Of a DNA stretch of 64,000 bases, positions 1-46,518 are shown in pieces; the stretch's first letter is position 1, and every line of letters starts with the position of its first letter. The notes under the pieces are model-generated. The model worked only from the letters and a program-made list of their open reading frames with translations, made no database searches and was not told the origin of the DNA. The DNA comes from Chrysomallon squamiferum (taxonomy: Eukaryota > Animalia > Mollusca). The DNA lies in contig CM022667.1 of NCBI GenBank assembly GCA_012295275.1, forward strand, positions 5,394,001 to 5,458,000, written 5' to 3'. The position numbers were made by a program, and so were the translations under genes.

Positions 1-729
1 CCACTTGCGTACATGACACTCGATTTGCTGCTGTTAATATCTAGCCCTAGGCATAAAGTGCAATCGAATATTCAATGTATACAAACAACCATACAAATGA
101 ATGAATTTTCAGGAAAATATCCAAAATAAAATGAAAATCATCTATTAATGTTATATTCTAACAATGTGCAATGCTGCAAAGATTGGGTAAGAATGATTCG
201 AAAAGTAGCCAATTTCAGATCCGATATTTATCGCTCGGTATCTTGTTTCTGCAAGCTTTTATCTAATATTACGATTCTTTTCTGTAAAATATTAATTTTG
301 GAAAAGGACTTCAGTACGTGGTTTTTACCCTATTAATTTTTTGTAGTACGACCGTCAATTTAAATTGAATATTACTTCTAAAATAAATAAATTTTTCTGA
401 TCCCAACAGTTCACACTTAATTCTACTTTTAAAAATAATAATAAAAATTTAAAGTAAAGATGGATAGAGAAAAAAAAAGAAAAAAAATACTGAGTAGCTT
501 GAACAAATATTAGTCGTGTGTGTGTGTGTGTGTGTTGTGTGTGTGTGTAATATTTTATAGTTACATTTATGAGCACTGAAATCACAAACACACCTACTTA
601 TATTTATTTATTTCATTGTATTGCTGCTGTATTTATTATTATTATTATTTTTATTATTATTATTATTATTTTATTATTATTATTATTATTATTATTAGTG
701 TTTAATAAAAAATATATATATATATTTAT

Positions 730-1099
730 TAATAAATTAACAAATACATAAATGAACATAGAAGATGCTTCAGATGTATCTATTAAATGTAACTGAAAAC
801 AACAGCAGCAGCAATACCAAATAGTAATAATAGTAATAAAGGAAACAATAATTAAATAATAAAGAAAAGAAAAAGAATATACAAACAATCAGACTGATTG
901 AGTCATGATTTTCTGTAGCTTTTTTATACTAGCAAATATGTTTATGTTGAATAATTATTACAATTAAATGAATAAAAATGGAAAACAGTAAAAAGTAAGC
1001 AAATAAATAAATAAATGAACATAAAAGATGCTTTAGATGTATGTGTTAAATGTAATTGAAAACAACAGCAGAAGCAACAACAACAACAACAACAACAAC

Positions 1100-1135
<36 letters not shown>

Positions 1136-1295
1136 TAATGATAATAACAATAATAATAATAAAGGAAACAATAATTAAATAACAAAGAAAAGAAAAAGAA
1201 TATACAAACAATCAGACTGATTGAGTAATGATATTCTGTAGCTTTTTTATTACTTTATGTGTTCATACTAGCAAATATGTTTATACTGTATAATT
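730..1295. repeat. Local tandem duplication (~240-290 bp, 2 copies)
   Basis: aaatgaacata.aagatgctt.agatgtat...ggaaacaataattaaataa...tatacaaacaatcagactgattgagt.atgat.ttctgtagc occurs twice, with different trinucleotide tract lengths. Confidence 0.8.
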
Positions 1296-1337
1296 ATTAC
1301 ATTTTTTCTAAAAAAAATTTTGACATTTCTTTGACAG

Positions 1338-1455
1338 GGCCAAGAAACCCAAGGTTATTTACGAAACCTTCGTGGAATCTGAGAAACACGGAAAGTTTGA
1401 AAAATCATCAGCAGGAAATAAATCATCTGAGAACCCTGCTTTTGAAGGCGACTGA
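1338..1455 (+). CDS. Terminal (cytoplasmic-tail) exon of an upstream paralog of gene A; rest of gene presumably outside the window
   Basis: Acceptor ttctttgacag at 1337. Phase-2 reading gives (R)AKKPKVIYETFVESEKHGKFEKSSAGNKSSENPAFEGD*, TGA at 1453-1455. Shares KS.xNPAFE and the phase-2 start with the gene A tail exon (KSFQNPAFE). Confidence 0.7.
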
Positions 1456-1620
1456 GATAGTGACGTTTCTCAATAATATAACTGAAATACTTTAAACAGA
1501 TATTTAATTTGTTGTCAATTTCAAATAGATGTGTGTTTTTTCTCTTTGTTTGTTTGTTTGATGTATATTTGTATCTAATGTATGCGACTGTTTCTTTGAG
1601 TGTATGTGTATGGTAATTTT

Positions 1621-1664
<44 letters not shown>

Positions 1665-4339
1665 CTCTTAATATTACAAGACGACAATGGGAGACGACGA
1701 GAGACAGTGAATGCATAATACATATATTTTAAACATTAATGCATTAATAATTACACACATATAGTCTGAAGTAAAATGTTATTAACTGATTAAAACTGTG
1801 TATACCGCTTGGTTATTTGAACTTATCTACACAAGTAAATAGGTACATATGATAAGAAGACATTTCTGCACCTGTCAAATAATACATTGACGTTTAATAC
1901 ACAGATGTGATGTTCTGCACAAAAGTAATAGGTACACAAAACATCGATCTGGCATTCCCGAATCTGGCAGTGAGATTATAACAAATCTAAATTGCAGATA
2001 TTCAACAAATGTGTAAGTTGATGTTATACAAAAATGTTGAGTTAGAATTACTTACCTAAGAGAGCGAGTGATGTTGAATACATGTCTATGGTTTAGTTCC
2101 CTGTTATAATTATTTTAATGATAAGTAAAGTGGGTTTAATTATTGAACTTATATCGAATCTAGTTATGTATTAATGATTTTGTGTCATGGCTTGAAGTTT
2201 ATTACTGATTGTGACCTAATTTTGTATCTATCTTTTTAACTATAACTTATTTAAAGTCTGTACTTTTGGTTATTGTTATATGCGAAGTTATTAACAATGG
2301 TTAAATAAACATTTCATGATGACTTTGTTTTTAATTCCTTTATTCATATCTGAATCGTAAACTACTCTTTCGCTTTATTTTGATAAGTTGAACTATTGTA
2401 TTAAAAATATGTTATTTTTTTGAGAATCATACTTCAGTTGCATATACAAAATATAAACCGTTTTATTTATTTATTTAGCTATCTCTTGAAGAAACTATTC
2501 TTTTATTCATCTGCCTTGTTTACCAGTGACTGGTAATGGGATCGACGTGGTGAACTCTCACAATGATTTCACCCGTCGTCCAATTCCCAAGATGTCACCA
2601 GAAAAAAACGTGATATCAGCCAAAGCGAGGTGCATGGTTACCGCTACGTATTGGCCAGTCACGCGTCTGACATTCACGTGATCACCAGCTGGGTCATCTC
2701 GACCGTGAATCATCTCCGCTTAAAATAAGGAACCTAATTCTTTACGGACGAGGAGGAATGAATGCTCATAAAGTGTGTTGACAATCTTCTTGGGGAATTG
2801 TGTAGGGAATTATTCCATTTTCATGCAGCTACCTGATCGTGTGCATTTTTTGCTTTCCCTGTCACAGCTGATTTTCACTGAGTGTCACATGCTAACACGA
2901 AACGTTTAGGATTGAGTTGACAGCCAAATAAGGCTTTATAGAATTCACTTATTTCGCTAAATGTCCAGACTGATGCTGAAAACTTTTATGAACATGTTTT
3001 TCTCTGTCGATATATATCTGTTTATTAATCAAGTGGACGAAAATAACAACAATAACAACACTACTATAATAAATTGAAAAGAAAGCAAAAAATATGTACT
3101 GTTGAAATCTAATATTAATACAAGCATAATCTAGAGAGAAAAATAGTAACGAAACGAAATAAAATTAAAAAGTAAAAGAAAAAAAACCCCACAAATTATA
3201 ATGAAACATTCTCAGTAGTCATGCATATTCGCTTACAAACTCGGTCATACTAAATTTAAGACGTTGATGTTAATGTCCGATATCATTTGACATGCACGAG
3301 ACATTTTGATTTGACAAGACAAAGCTATTAAGTTGTATGTTGTATGTTGTATGTTTTATGTTGTAATGTTGTAATGTTGTACTGTAATGTGCATGCCTGC
3401 CTTCTCAGTTTGACAATATAATTTATTTCTGATTACTTACTTAGAACATTTGTTTTTTTTCTACCGAAACAAACAAAAAAAAAAAAAAAAAATGAAATGG
3501 AAACAGTCACGTCTCTCGATGCTTGTTACAGTTATATTCTGAACGACCTCAGTTTAAAAATAATAAAAATAATAATAATAATAAAATATATTACGTCATC
3601 ATCATTAACACACAAAATAGTGACGCAGTCGGTGAACACGTAGCGTCTGCTCGAAGGTTATTGTTTGATATCCAATGTATTTTCGTACGTAACATACCCA
3701 TGAAACAGTGGAGAAAACTATCAGCACGGTTTGTTCATCTTATTTTCTTACATCGATCTTATAAATGCATTCATTACCTCACAGTTTGAAGGGAAAAACA
3801 AGAAACAATTGTGACACTGCCTAGGGATGACAGAATAAACATATTAGATCCAGTTCTTACATGTAAATCGAAAACAAAACCACCAAAACCAAAACAATAC
3901 CCAATGAATAAAAAAAATAATAATAATAAAATAACAATAAATAAATAATAAAAACAATGTATAAATAAAAAAAAATAATAAAAAAATTAATAAATAAATA
4001 AATAAATAAATAATAAAAAAGTGAAAACCAAATGTATAAACACTTTTTTTACTTTTGTTTGTCTGTTTATTTATTTATTTATTTATTTATTTTTATTTAT
4101 TTATTATTATTATTATTATTATTTTAAGAATAGTGCTCTTTTAATGAGAGGTACTTTGACCGATATTTAAGTACTGTTGATTTCAGAACTTCAGTAATGG
4201 AAACGGCAATTATCAGCCAAATACTCAGTTTTTTTTTTTTTCCTTTCTTTCTTTTTTTTTTTTTTTTTTTTTTTGTTACTGATTTTATATCACCATGCTT
4301 CTTTGTTTCTTTCAGATGATAGCATGAAATCACAACACT

Positions 4340-16322
<11,983 letters not shown>

Positions 16323-16783
16323 CAGTTCGTATTAATTTCGACTGCGGCTTCTTTTCCAATATATATCTGCAGTTTATATATATCAGTGATGTTTGTGTGT
16401 GTACGCTGGTGCTGTCGTTTTGCTATGTATGTGTGTGTATGTGAAATACGTTTGTTGATACTTAAATATTTCTCTGGGGTTTTGGGGAGAAATGATCCTC
16501 TTCACTCTACCTTGATTCCTTCGGATGTTCCAGCGCAGAATGACTCACATATCTGGTGTAACATAGACCAGCTTATATAATATAGTAAGGAGAACAATTT
16601 GGAAATAATTCTGATTTGAAGAACTAAATGGGAGGCTATGGAACTGGTATTTTTATTTAAATTAAGAAGAACTACATTGCTGAGGTGCAAAACGTCAAAA
16701 TGTATTAGTCTAAATATAGTTAGTTACATAACCAAATCTCAAGCTGACAGTTATTTGTCTGTGAAATATTCTAAGTCAAAATA

Positions 16784-16842
<59 letters not shown>

Positions 16843-18949
16843 TATTATTAGCATCTCTCTACGTATAATAAATGAACAAATAGTACGTCATTTTGACCCT
16901 GTACCTGTCTTTCATGGAAAGATGACTTAGTGCGAAATGTTGCTTGGTATGCAGCCTACATTCGTCAGTTATATCAAACACTCACACAGTAACACTGGAA
17001 CATGAGTTTAGCTACAACAGTGTCGACTGGAAGGGTTGTAAGTAAAACACATCGGGATGAAACATTTACTCACAAACTGCTCACAATAAGATGTTGTCAT
17101 TTCTAGTTCTTGTTTAGCGTCAAAGTTATCTACCCCAGCATGAAGATGGCAGCACCTGTCTGTACTCCCCATAATTCCATGCTGTCCCTGATACCCATAC
17201 TACGTTAGTATACTTGTTTGGTAATTTTCCTTTAATGAAATGTCCAGTATTTAATATTTTTAATGATTTAAAACAATTGATTTTAATAAATAAATTAAAA
17301 ATGTTCACATATTTTCATTATTTATTTATTTAATTATTTATTTATTTGCTGAATATCAAAATAACAAGGAAGAAAGAAGATTTAATTATCTATCAGTGAT
17401 TTGTTATCGAAAGGTTTATTTTATTTTGTTTTGCAATTATTTCAGTAGCCTAAAGCAGTGTTCTTAAATAATATATAATTTAAGAATCTCCTAACACGAA
17501 ACATAACGTTTTGTGAATATATTTTGAACAAATTTATTTTTAGAAACGTTTTAATTATTACATTTTAAATTTTATTTGTGAGAGAATGCCGCACTTAGTT
17601 TGCTTGTGTCTAAATATTTTTAGAACTACAGGCTGAAGTTCCCAAAGTAGGTATTCGGAAAGCAGGAAATTCCCACACAAGACAACAAACCACTGAAGAG
17701 AATTCGCGGACCGCACTGTGAACACGCAGGTCAATAATCAGATCGCTTGTGCAGCCACTCACACAGAGCTGTCACGTGCACGTTTTCCGTGATGAATCTG
17801 AACACATGTAGATTCCCCTTAAACTGCACAGCCCACTGAGCCCAACACACTTCAAAATGAAGATTTACCAGAAGGCAATGAATGTCACACCCCACGTGTG
17901 CATGTAATAATAAAATAATAATAACAAGTGTTCAAATGACATGTTACTGTTCGGAATACAAACGTGTGTTACATTCAATAATACAAACAAGAAACGTCAT
18001 GTTACCTGCAAAACTTTTTAAAAACTCTTTATTATTATTGTTGTTGTTGTTGTTGTTATTATTACTATTATTATTATTATATAATTTATATGTTTGATAG
18101 CTTTATAATTCTGCATTATTAACTGTATTATTAACTGCACTGATTAGCTATATACAGAGCTGAAAGGTTACGTGCAAAATGAATCTACTGTTAACAACAG
18201 TCTGACGAAAAGCTTACCAATGCATCTTCTTGTCTTTTGGTTGGTTTAAGTGTGGCACGATCACAGTCAGCAGTTGAGGTTCTCCTGTGAAGTCGTCAAG
18301 ATGCGACTGTCGGCTGTTTAGCTATGTTAGCCCTCTGCGCTAAATTTTCTGTCGGCCTTTTTTTTTTTGTTTTTTGTTTTTTGTCAGAATATACCTGTTT
18401 GTACGCTGTCGGGTTCCACTGTTTCCAGCTTATAAATATACTCCAAGTCCTTCTAGAATCGTTTTTCGTTTGGCAGTATGTGCAGAGTAACTTTCCTTTT
18501 GAAATTAAATTTGCCGATATTACGCCGAAAATTATGACAATCTGTCATGCAATAATAAAATTCACCATGGTCTGACGTTAACGAATTGCTCCGGAAATAT
18601 AACACACCTACCCACAAGGGAAATACGCCGCAAACCTCACAATAACCAAATTACGTTTACTGAAATATATCTGGTTAATAGAAAAAAGATATACAATTTC
18701 ACAGTAAAGAAATAAAACTGTTTTCTAGTTGCCTCATGTAAGAATAAGGATACACTGAACATATGATATGCGTTTAAAACATTGGTGATTTCTCTGCGTT
18801 CTTACAAAGTCTGACTACAAAGATCACAAGGAGGAGGAGAAAAGAAAAGAAATCACAAAATATCAACCTTAAATTGAAAAACGAAGATTTTATTTTGTCA
18901 TTGTATTTGTTCTGTAAGCTGTCGGAATGAAACACGTTCGCTGTAAAGT

Positions 18950-26769
<7,820 letters not shown>

Positions 26770-27683
26770 GTGATAATTTTACTGAGAAATCTGAAAAACC
26801 CAGTAAAATAAAAAAAATATATATAATATGTATAACAGTTACTAATCAGAAGAGTGTTAAATATAAAATAATAACAGTAACAAATCAATAATATAATCAG
26901 CAGCAACAAACAACAATAATCAATTATTCGATCAATCAGCCAATCAGTAAATAAATATTAAAACGTAATATATAAATTGTTATTATTAAAGCAGTACTTG
27001 ATAAAATTTACAAATACAGTTTGTAACATCTGATTAGTTTTGAAACCAAACAAATCAATAATTTAGGTTAATATGAAATAACAACGTACATTTTATAATT
27101 GTCATAAGGTGAGAGCTCTGCTATTTCAGAGACGACTATCAACGTTTGATAAAATAATCTCTTAGATAAAATGTAATTCAAAATGATTGTAATTGTACGC
27201 ACATTTAAAATGAATGCCATCGGATTAAATTATCGCATATTCGTCATAAATAAACATTCTAAATTCATGTATGTGAAGTAAATGAAAAATCTTGCAATAT
27301 GAAAAGAAGCTACATACATAGAGATTTCTGTCACTGCTGAATTCAAGAAAGCTGAAGGCAAAACAATACTTTTGAGAGAAAGATGATATGCTTTGTTGTC
27401 TAAAGTATTAAAATGCATTAGTTAAATCTTGAATAAAAACCAAATATATATTTTCGCTTATATAAATATAGATAGTAAATTTTCGATGTCAGCAGGTTTG
27501 TTTATTTCAGATACCATTGTGATGACGTCATTCTTTATTTTTACGTCAGTGAAAGCGTCTTACATGCTAATATAGATTAGTGTATATTAATTAATTTATA
27601 AGACATTATCTGTTGTCTTAAATATTTTATTATATCGAAAATCGTGAGAAGAAAAAAAAACGAAATAACCAATATACATAATT

Positions 27684-27714
<31 letters not shown>

Positions 27715-27787
27715 TTTTTGGTTTGTAAATTTGATTATATTTTATCTGTTTTTTTTTTGTTATTGTTTTAATTTTTACTTTATTTAT

Positions 27788-27843
<56 letters not shown>

Positions 27844-27961
27844 TTTGTTGTTGTTGTTGTTGTTGTTTTTTGTTGATGGTGATGTTTGATTAATGAGTAC
27901 AACGGTTGATGGTAAAAATACCCTGACATCGATGTCAGCGTGTGATTCATCGTGTTTTTTC

Positions 27962-27997
<36 letters not shown>

Positions 27998-28542
27998 TTA
28001 GCTGTGATCACATTTACGTTTGGCTATTGAGATATACCCACTTTTTACATCATCACCTTCTTTGTCAGTACAGTCTGTCCTTTTTTTTTCTGTCTCGGCT
28101 TCTCTCTGTTTTATTTATTTTATTTTATTTATTTATTTATTTTATTTAATTTAATTTTTATTTTTTTATTTTTTTTTTTATTTATTTTTTTTGTATTTTT
28201 TTTTTTTTTTTTTGTATTTTGGTAGAGAAAACATGTATCTACGTCCTGGCTTTGAGTAAAATTGATATAGGAGAAAATAATCGATGCAGTTTGTTCATTA
28301 TGTTTATTGAGACATTGCGTCATATATAACTACAAATAACGTCATACCTTCGCCATAGCTGAACATTCAACCAGAAAAAGTGAGTATCTTAATAGATTAA
28401 AGATTAAAACTGCTAATCAACAAAAGAACTTTAACTAAATAGTGATATCGGACTGTTTCTTAATTTTCAAAAGTAGCTAACTAGTTTTAGAAATATTATC
28501 TTAATGCTTTACAAACATTATTTGTTCACAGAGGTACCAGCG

Positions 28543-31448
<2,906 letters not shown>

Positions 31449-31456
31449 CAGTAGCC

Positions 31457-31488
<32 letters not shown>

Positions 31489-31639
31489 ATTTACTTGTTT
31501 TTTGTTTGTTTGTTTTTTTTTATTCATTTATTTATTGATAGTTTTGCTTATTTATTTGTTTATCAGTATTTTTCTCTAAATCATTAATAAATGTTGTTGT
31601 TGCTATTGTTTTATTATTATTAATATTACTACTCCTACA

Positions 31640-31680
<41 letters not shown>

Positions 31681-32003
31681 AACTACTACTACTACTACTA
31701 CTACAACTACAATATATCCAGGAGTAGGACTATTATGAAGCTAATGAAGCTTAAGTTTGATGGCTCGTAATCCAGGAGGTGCACTAGAAGCATCTTTAAT
31801 TCACACTGATTCAAAACTTTAATCGAAATCTGAGATGATCTGGTTGAATTCTTAAATCATTTACGTTGATCTGTCACGGAGAAAGCCATTTGGAGAAAAT
31901 AACCTTGGTTACCAAGAATTTTTATTGCTTCCAAAGAGCTCCCAGTAAATGTTCAAGCTTTAAGATCCCAAAACTGTCAGTTCACTACTGTGTATGTTTG
32001 TAT

Positions 32004-32045
<42 letters not shown>

Positions 32046-32937
32046 CTATATGATGCATATACGCTTTAGGTTCAAGATTTAGTTTTCGAAAGGAGGTATC
32101 CATTAGAAGCCATTGACTTTTCATATTTAAATTTGTTGCTTTGAAAATCGCCTACTGAAAACTGAAAAGAACTTTTAATTGCAAGTGTTCATTTCTGTAT
32201 TCTTCACTAGCAATGTTAGAAAATGAGTTCATAATTTTTATTTTTATTTTTATTTTTTATTTTTTATATTTTTTTATGTGAGGTAAGCATTGTGTAAAAA
32301 AAAAAAATAATAATAATAATTATAATAATAATAATAATAAATAAATAAATATCATAATTAGATAATAAAATAAAATAAATAACAAATAAATAAATAAAAA
32401 CGACAGCCAGTACAGTAGTAAGTCCAGTTTTCTGGAGGTCATGCTTTTAGCGTTTATGAATACTTGCGGATTGTCAAGTAACGTTTATCAGTTTGCTGTA
32501 TCAGTTTGTCACTGCGTGTTAACTATCCGCTGTAATCTCTCCTCTGTTCTTCTTTGAAAGCAGACAACGTAGTATTAATGTTTTCATTAAACTTACTTGC
32601 TTGCTAATGTTCAGAATCGTGAGAATCAAGCTAAAGGATCGTAATAAACAAAGACATTCGTATGATTTGAGTTTTATTGTTACTGTTTCCTTTTCATTAT
32701 TTCATACTTCGACTGTCCGATCTGAAAAAATAAACACATGGAACAGTTTGTATTTCATTCGTGTAGCAAGATTCAAAGTCTCTCTCCAAAATACAAAACA
32801 AATAAATAAATAAACGGAACAGTTTGTATTTCATTCGTGTACCAAGATTCAAAGTCTCTCCAAAGATACAAAACAAAATCTGTCTGTCTCAAAATAACAA
32901 AACATCAACAACAACAACAACAACCACAACAATAAAA

Positions 32938-32980
<43 letters not shown>

Positions 32981-33053
32981 TAATTAATAATTAATAAATA
33001 AATATGCAAAAGATAAAAAACAAAAAAAAACAAAAAAAAAAACAGCTAACCTT

Positions 33054-41311
<8,258 letters not shown>

Positions 41312-41395
41312 TTTTTTCAAACTGTAAATTAAATATGTATCCTGTTATTACAATCCTGAATATCATAACACCGCCAATTTTTTTTTTTTTAAATT

Positions 41396-41434
<39 letters not shown>

Positions 41435-42041
41435 CTAACTAACTTAATAAATATTTAAATAAATAAATAAACAATGAAAAATAAACCGAGAAATACATAC
41501 ATTTATATCGGAGTATAAGGTAGCAAGGGACCTGTGATGTGCCGTTCACGATTTCATTTATCTCTTCCGTGAACGAATACGAATTGTAATTAAACAGTAC
41601 AGTTAGTTTTATTATATCTGTTAATATTATGCTTCATCTATGTCTCGATATAAATGTATTTTTAACAGTTGTGAGACAGTAATTAGCAGAAGAAAAAAAA
41701 ACTATTCTCTTACACATTGTTTTTTGTTTCTTGGCTGTAAAAACGATTGCCTAACTCATTATTATCAATTCAAAGAACAACTTATATTTATTACTGTCAT
41801 AAAGAGAATGGGTTAATTTAATCTTCACAATTAGGATGAAACGATTTCTGGGAATATGTATAAAATAACAGAGTGAATTTCAGATATTATCAATGAACTC
41901 CGTGTGCTGTGAGTGTGTCTGTGCGTGTGTAGTTATATGTGTGAACAGGTGTGTGTACGTGTTCGATGTTTGTGTATAACTGCCGGTGTGTCCCGTGTAA
42001 AGAAAGAAAGGAAGAATAAAAGCACTAATGTATAAAATAAG

Positions 42042-42710
42042 AAAAAGACCATACCTCCGTGATTTCAACAGATGTTTGTTATTAATCAACAAAATCCTTG
42101 TTATATACGTTAGGGCTTATCAAATTGCTTGCGACTTTCCTAGTGTGTAAACAGCAGGTGTTTATCTATTATCTATTTCTGTGTTTGCATCTCTAAATAT
42201 ACATGTTTGCGTCTATTTCTGGATGGGTATCCAGATATATACTTAACACAAATATTTACCACTCAGAAAAGCTTTTTCTAAATTTCACCACTTTACTGAT
42301 TTCTAAAACTGCAGAAGGTCAGTTATCTTACCCAGTGGTTAAACTTCAGTTAGTGAAAAACTTATAATTGGTCTACTTCATCCAGTCTTTGAGAGCCAGA
42401 TGTAAACAACCCCAACCCTTCCCGCCTACCCCGAATCATGCTTAGGATTTTGTCCGAGCAAAAGTGTTACAAAGACTGGTCCTCTGATTTTCACTCTGCG
42501 AATTATTGAGTAAAAATTAATTTTTACCAAACCAAGGTTTAATGAACATGTATATTTAGAGATGCAAACACAGAAACAGATAATAGATAAACACCTGCTG
42601 TTTACACACTAGGAAAGTCGCAAGCAATCTGATAAGCCCTAACGTATATAACAAAGATTTTGTTGATTAATAACAAACATCTGTTGAAATCACGGAGGTA
42701 TGGTCTTTTT
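42042..42710. mobile_element. Foldback/MITE-like element with ~165-bp inverted arms
   Basis: 42042-42207 is the reverse complement of 42545-42710 with only a few mismatches; ~340-bp non-coding spacer. Confidence 0.8.
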
Positions 42711-43332
42711 TTTTTTTTTGATTTCTCAAGGTTTTGTGTTGTAAGATGTCTCAACACGCATGGTTGCTAAGGACTTTTTGAAGTGAATGAACTGCCTCTA
42801 GCTGATTAATTTCTGCGGACTTTTTACGAGTTCTTTGTATTTACTATGGTGAATAATAAAAATGCCATATCTGTATCAGTTTTTGTGCAATTTGCATAAA
42901 ATTTTATCTTTTTAGAAACTTATTTGTGTGTTCGTATATCAACTTTTGTTTAGGGTCACAAGTGTTTCCTTTTGCCAAAGTGCTTCACATTTTGCAAGAA
43001 ACAAAAATGTTTTGGGTGAACTCTGTGATATGTACATTGTCTGTACGTTATCATCATAGATCGAGATCAAACTTGTCCTTTTTGCTTGAGGTTACTTTAT
43101 GTATGCAAATAAAACAAGATGGGGAAATGGATTAGCATTAGGAAAATAACACGTCACCAGATACTGAACTGAAAGATGTGTTTTTTGTTTTGTTTTGTTG
43201 TTGTTTTTTTACTTGGAGTAAACTACAACTGAGGAAGAAAAAGTCATCATGGATACAGTTGGAAAAAGTAATTGCCATTTAATTCTAACATAGACGGTAA
43301 CATTTTTCTGGTTTCATGGCTGCACATATTTA

Positions 43333-43367
<35 letters not shown>

Positions 43368-43918
43368 AAAAAGCACTCACTTTATTTATCTGAAGATCAA
43401 AGTCAATCAGCAAACCTGCGATGTTTCACTTTATGCTTGCTTTTCAGGTAGAAAACGTTTTTAATGTTTAGTCAATCTTTAAAAATTACTTGAATGACAG
43501 TCGGTATTCAGTCTCGTAACATATTATGGCCAGTTTGTAATTATCCTGGTTTGGATAAATTATCACAAGCTTTGATGACCATTATTACAGAAATAACCTA
43601 ATTTCTGGATGGAATCCAAATGAAGTATCAAATTTTACTGGACTATTAGGATGGATCAATGGTTGAGTTTGTATGGATAAGGCATTGGTTAATTTAGAAT
43701 CATTAATTAATGGTGGTTATACAGTATAGTTGCAATGAATTGTAAATACTCGTTTGGTATTTTTCGCGAAGTAGCTCAAGTCCTGATATTATCCAGACCA
43801 GACTTAGTTGACGTGTCTTTTTCTTTTCAATGTTTCAATGACATCAAATCTAGTTACGCATAAGCAGATAAAATATTTTCATTTAATGTTATTCTGATTA
43901 TTTTAATATCAATTTGGA

Positions 43919-44006
<88 letters not shown>

Positions 44007-44182
44007 CGAAACAGTTATAAAGAGTTCATTACAAATATTATTGATAAATATTTATAGCAACTAGATCACTTGTATATAACCGATGTCTAAAATCGTAAAC
44101 CAGTTTATAATCGAACTGTTCACGCAAACTGACTCTCCTTTAGTTTGCCGATTTACCGCTAGAGAAACTGAACTAAAGTGAA

Positions 44183-46407
44183 ATGGCGTTTGAGTATTTG
44201 TTTCTGTGCACATTTCTGCTGCATTTTGACATTTGCTCAGGTTAGTTTCTTCTTCTTCTCATATTTACTTTAATTATTTTGTTGTTTGTCTCTTCTCTTT
44301 ATGTAAGTTTATGATGTTTTTTCTCCGTAAGATTATATAGTACCATAGTATGATTTTTAGATATAGATAGATATAGGTATAGATATAGATATATAATGAT
44401 TTCAATCCCTGATAAAACTCATACTATGGTACAACATAATAAAATAAAATTAAGGTTAAAATAAAGTGACTATAGGACAGTCTGGCATTCTCACTTGTAA
44501 TGACGAAACTACTAGCAAATCACGTTCAGACAAAACCTCACTTGACAAAGGCTCCGTCATTAATCTGATTTTTGAACAAGGTCACAAAAACCTGGTCAGG
44601 AATATTTCTAATTACACTTGTGAAAAAGGTGATTAAACTGAAATTTGGTTATGTTGATTACTGTTGTGCTTATGAATCCACTAATGACACTATGATGAAA
44701 ATATAATCAGTAGGAGATCCCTTCCCTTTATATGATCATTAAAAGACCCATGTAAAAATAGAAGTCTAAGTGAAGAAAATTTGTATTTCAGGAAATGTGT
44801 TTCAACTGACGTTTTCTTTCTTGTTGACTGCAATGACTCCATTAAATGTGTTCTGTATCGGTACCACGTGCTGCATACAACCAGTCATTTCCTTTTAATT
44901 GCTATAAATTAGTTAAGGACAGCGAAACATTCAAAAATTAGTCATTTATTGTGTTCTTATTTAGATAAATATATAGGTATATATATATATAAACAATAAA
45001 ATTAAAAAACACACTAAAACACCGGCTTTCAAATTTCACTTCTGACCCCAACTGTCCTTCGGTCTCTTCGGTGGTCTGTACAGTCTGCTGCAATACGGAA
45101 CTGTCAGCTGTAATGTTACCCCAGTTAATTCACTATTTTCATACAACCAGTTTCCTCAGTCCCTTTACCGCATGAGCTTGTAAATTCGTATTAGTGATCT
45201 CCTACTTTTCCTAAAAAATTATCGATACTTTTTGTGTTTACAGGTTACTCACTGCAGTTGTCTGGGAAGGCTTTAAATGATACATCATACACACTGACTT
45301 GCACAGTGACATATGCTGCAAATATCGACGACCTCATCATCTTCAGACGAAAGACCTCTGCGAAAGACGTGGCATCACTGAAACAGACTAAACGTGGATG
45401 TTCAGTGTTCAGTCAGCCCAGAGCGGGCTATCATGCAGCATGTGGATCTGGAACACAGGGCGGCGCTTCTGACCTTAAGAAATACACACTGAAGATCTAC
45501 AGTCTTGCAGAAGAGGATTCTACAGATTGGTGGTGTTACCTGCAAAGGCTTGGAGCGCGAAGTAACAATTACAAGCTTCACGTTTTTAGTGAGTTGAAAA
45601 TAGGGAAATATATGCAGAAAATAAATACCATTTTTTTTTAAAGATATTAAAATCTAACGTCATATTTAAGCACCGTTATGTAAAGGGAATAATATATATA
45701 TATATATATATATGTATATGTATATTACTGCACTAAAATTTAGGGATTCAGTGTTACATGTCCAACCACGCAACCACAAAAAGCTATGATATTTATATAT
45801 GTAGAGCTAATCATTGTTATAATATCTTAATATATAGATATTATTTTGTATTTCCCAGTTCATATATCTATTGATTTTACTCATTGTGGATTTTTAGTAT
45901 TAATATAAAGAAAAATGAACGAATGAATCATTATTTAAGGTTTATTAAAAAAAAAAAAAAGTATATGCAATATAAACACAACCATCAGTTTATTTTGGAA
46001 ACATAAAATACATTAGAAAAAATATTACAAATAATTTACAATAAAAGTGACTCAACAGCTGATTTTATAGTCTTTTAGTTGTCAAATTTTTATTTATTTA
46101 ATTATTTATCTATTTTTTTATTTATTTATTTATTTAATTATTTTAAAATAATTTATTGTTATGACATTGATTAATATTATGCATTGTCTAATGTTTCATT
46201 CCATTTAACACACATCTTCCCAACAGCTGACTGTTATTTTTACTGCAGTTCGTTTTTATGAAAAGATGTTAATTGTTCTGCGCTAACTTCACCATAATAC
46301 GTCATTTTTAATTCTTACCTATGATATAATATTTAGGAAAAAGAAAGCAATATAATTCTAGTTATTTGAAATAAATGTGTTATTTTCTGACTCGTCAACA
46401 GCTAAGA

Positions 46408-46453
<46 letters not shown>

Positions 46454-46470
46454 GTTATTGTTGTTGTTTG

Positions 46471-46518
<48 letters not shown>

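Noticed and set aside
1-52. Hydrophobic frame PLAYMTLDLLLLISSPR as the TM exon of the upstream paralog
   Set aside because: Truncated by the window edge and lacks a canonical GT donor.
2530-2850. GC-richer patch with faint Tc1-transposase-like words on the minus strand
   Set aside because: The fragments are degenerate and in the wrong order. It may be a repeat remnant but cannot be supported without a search.
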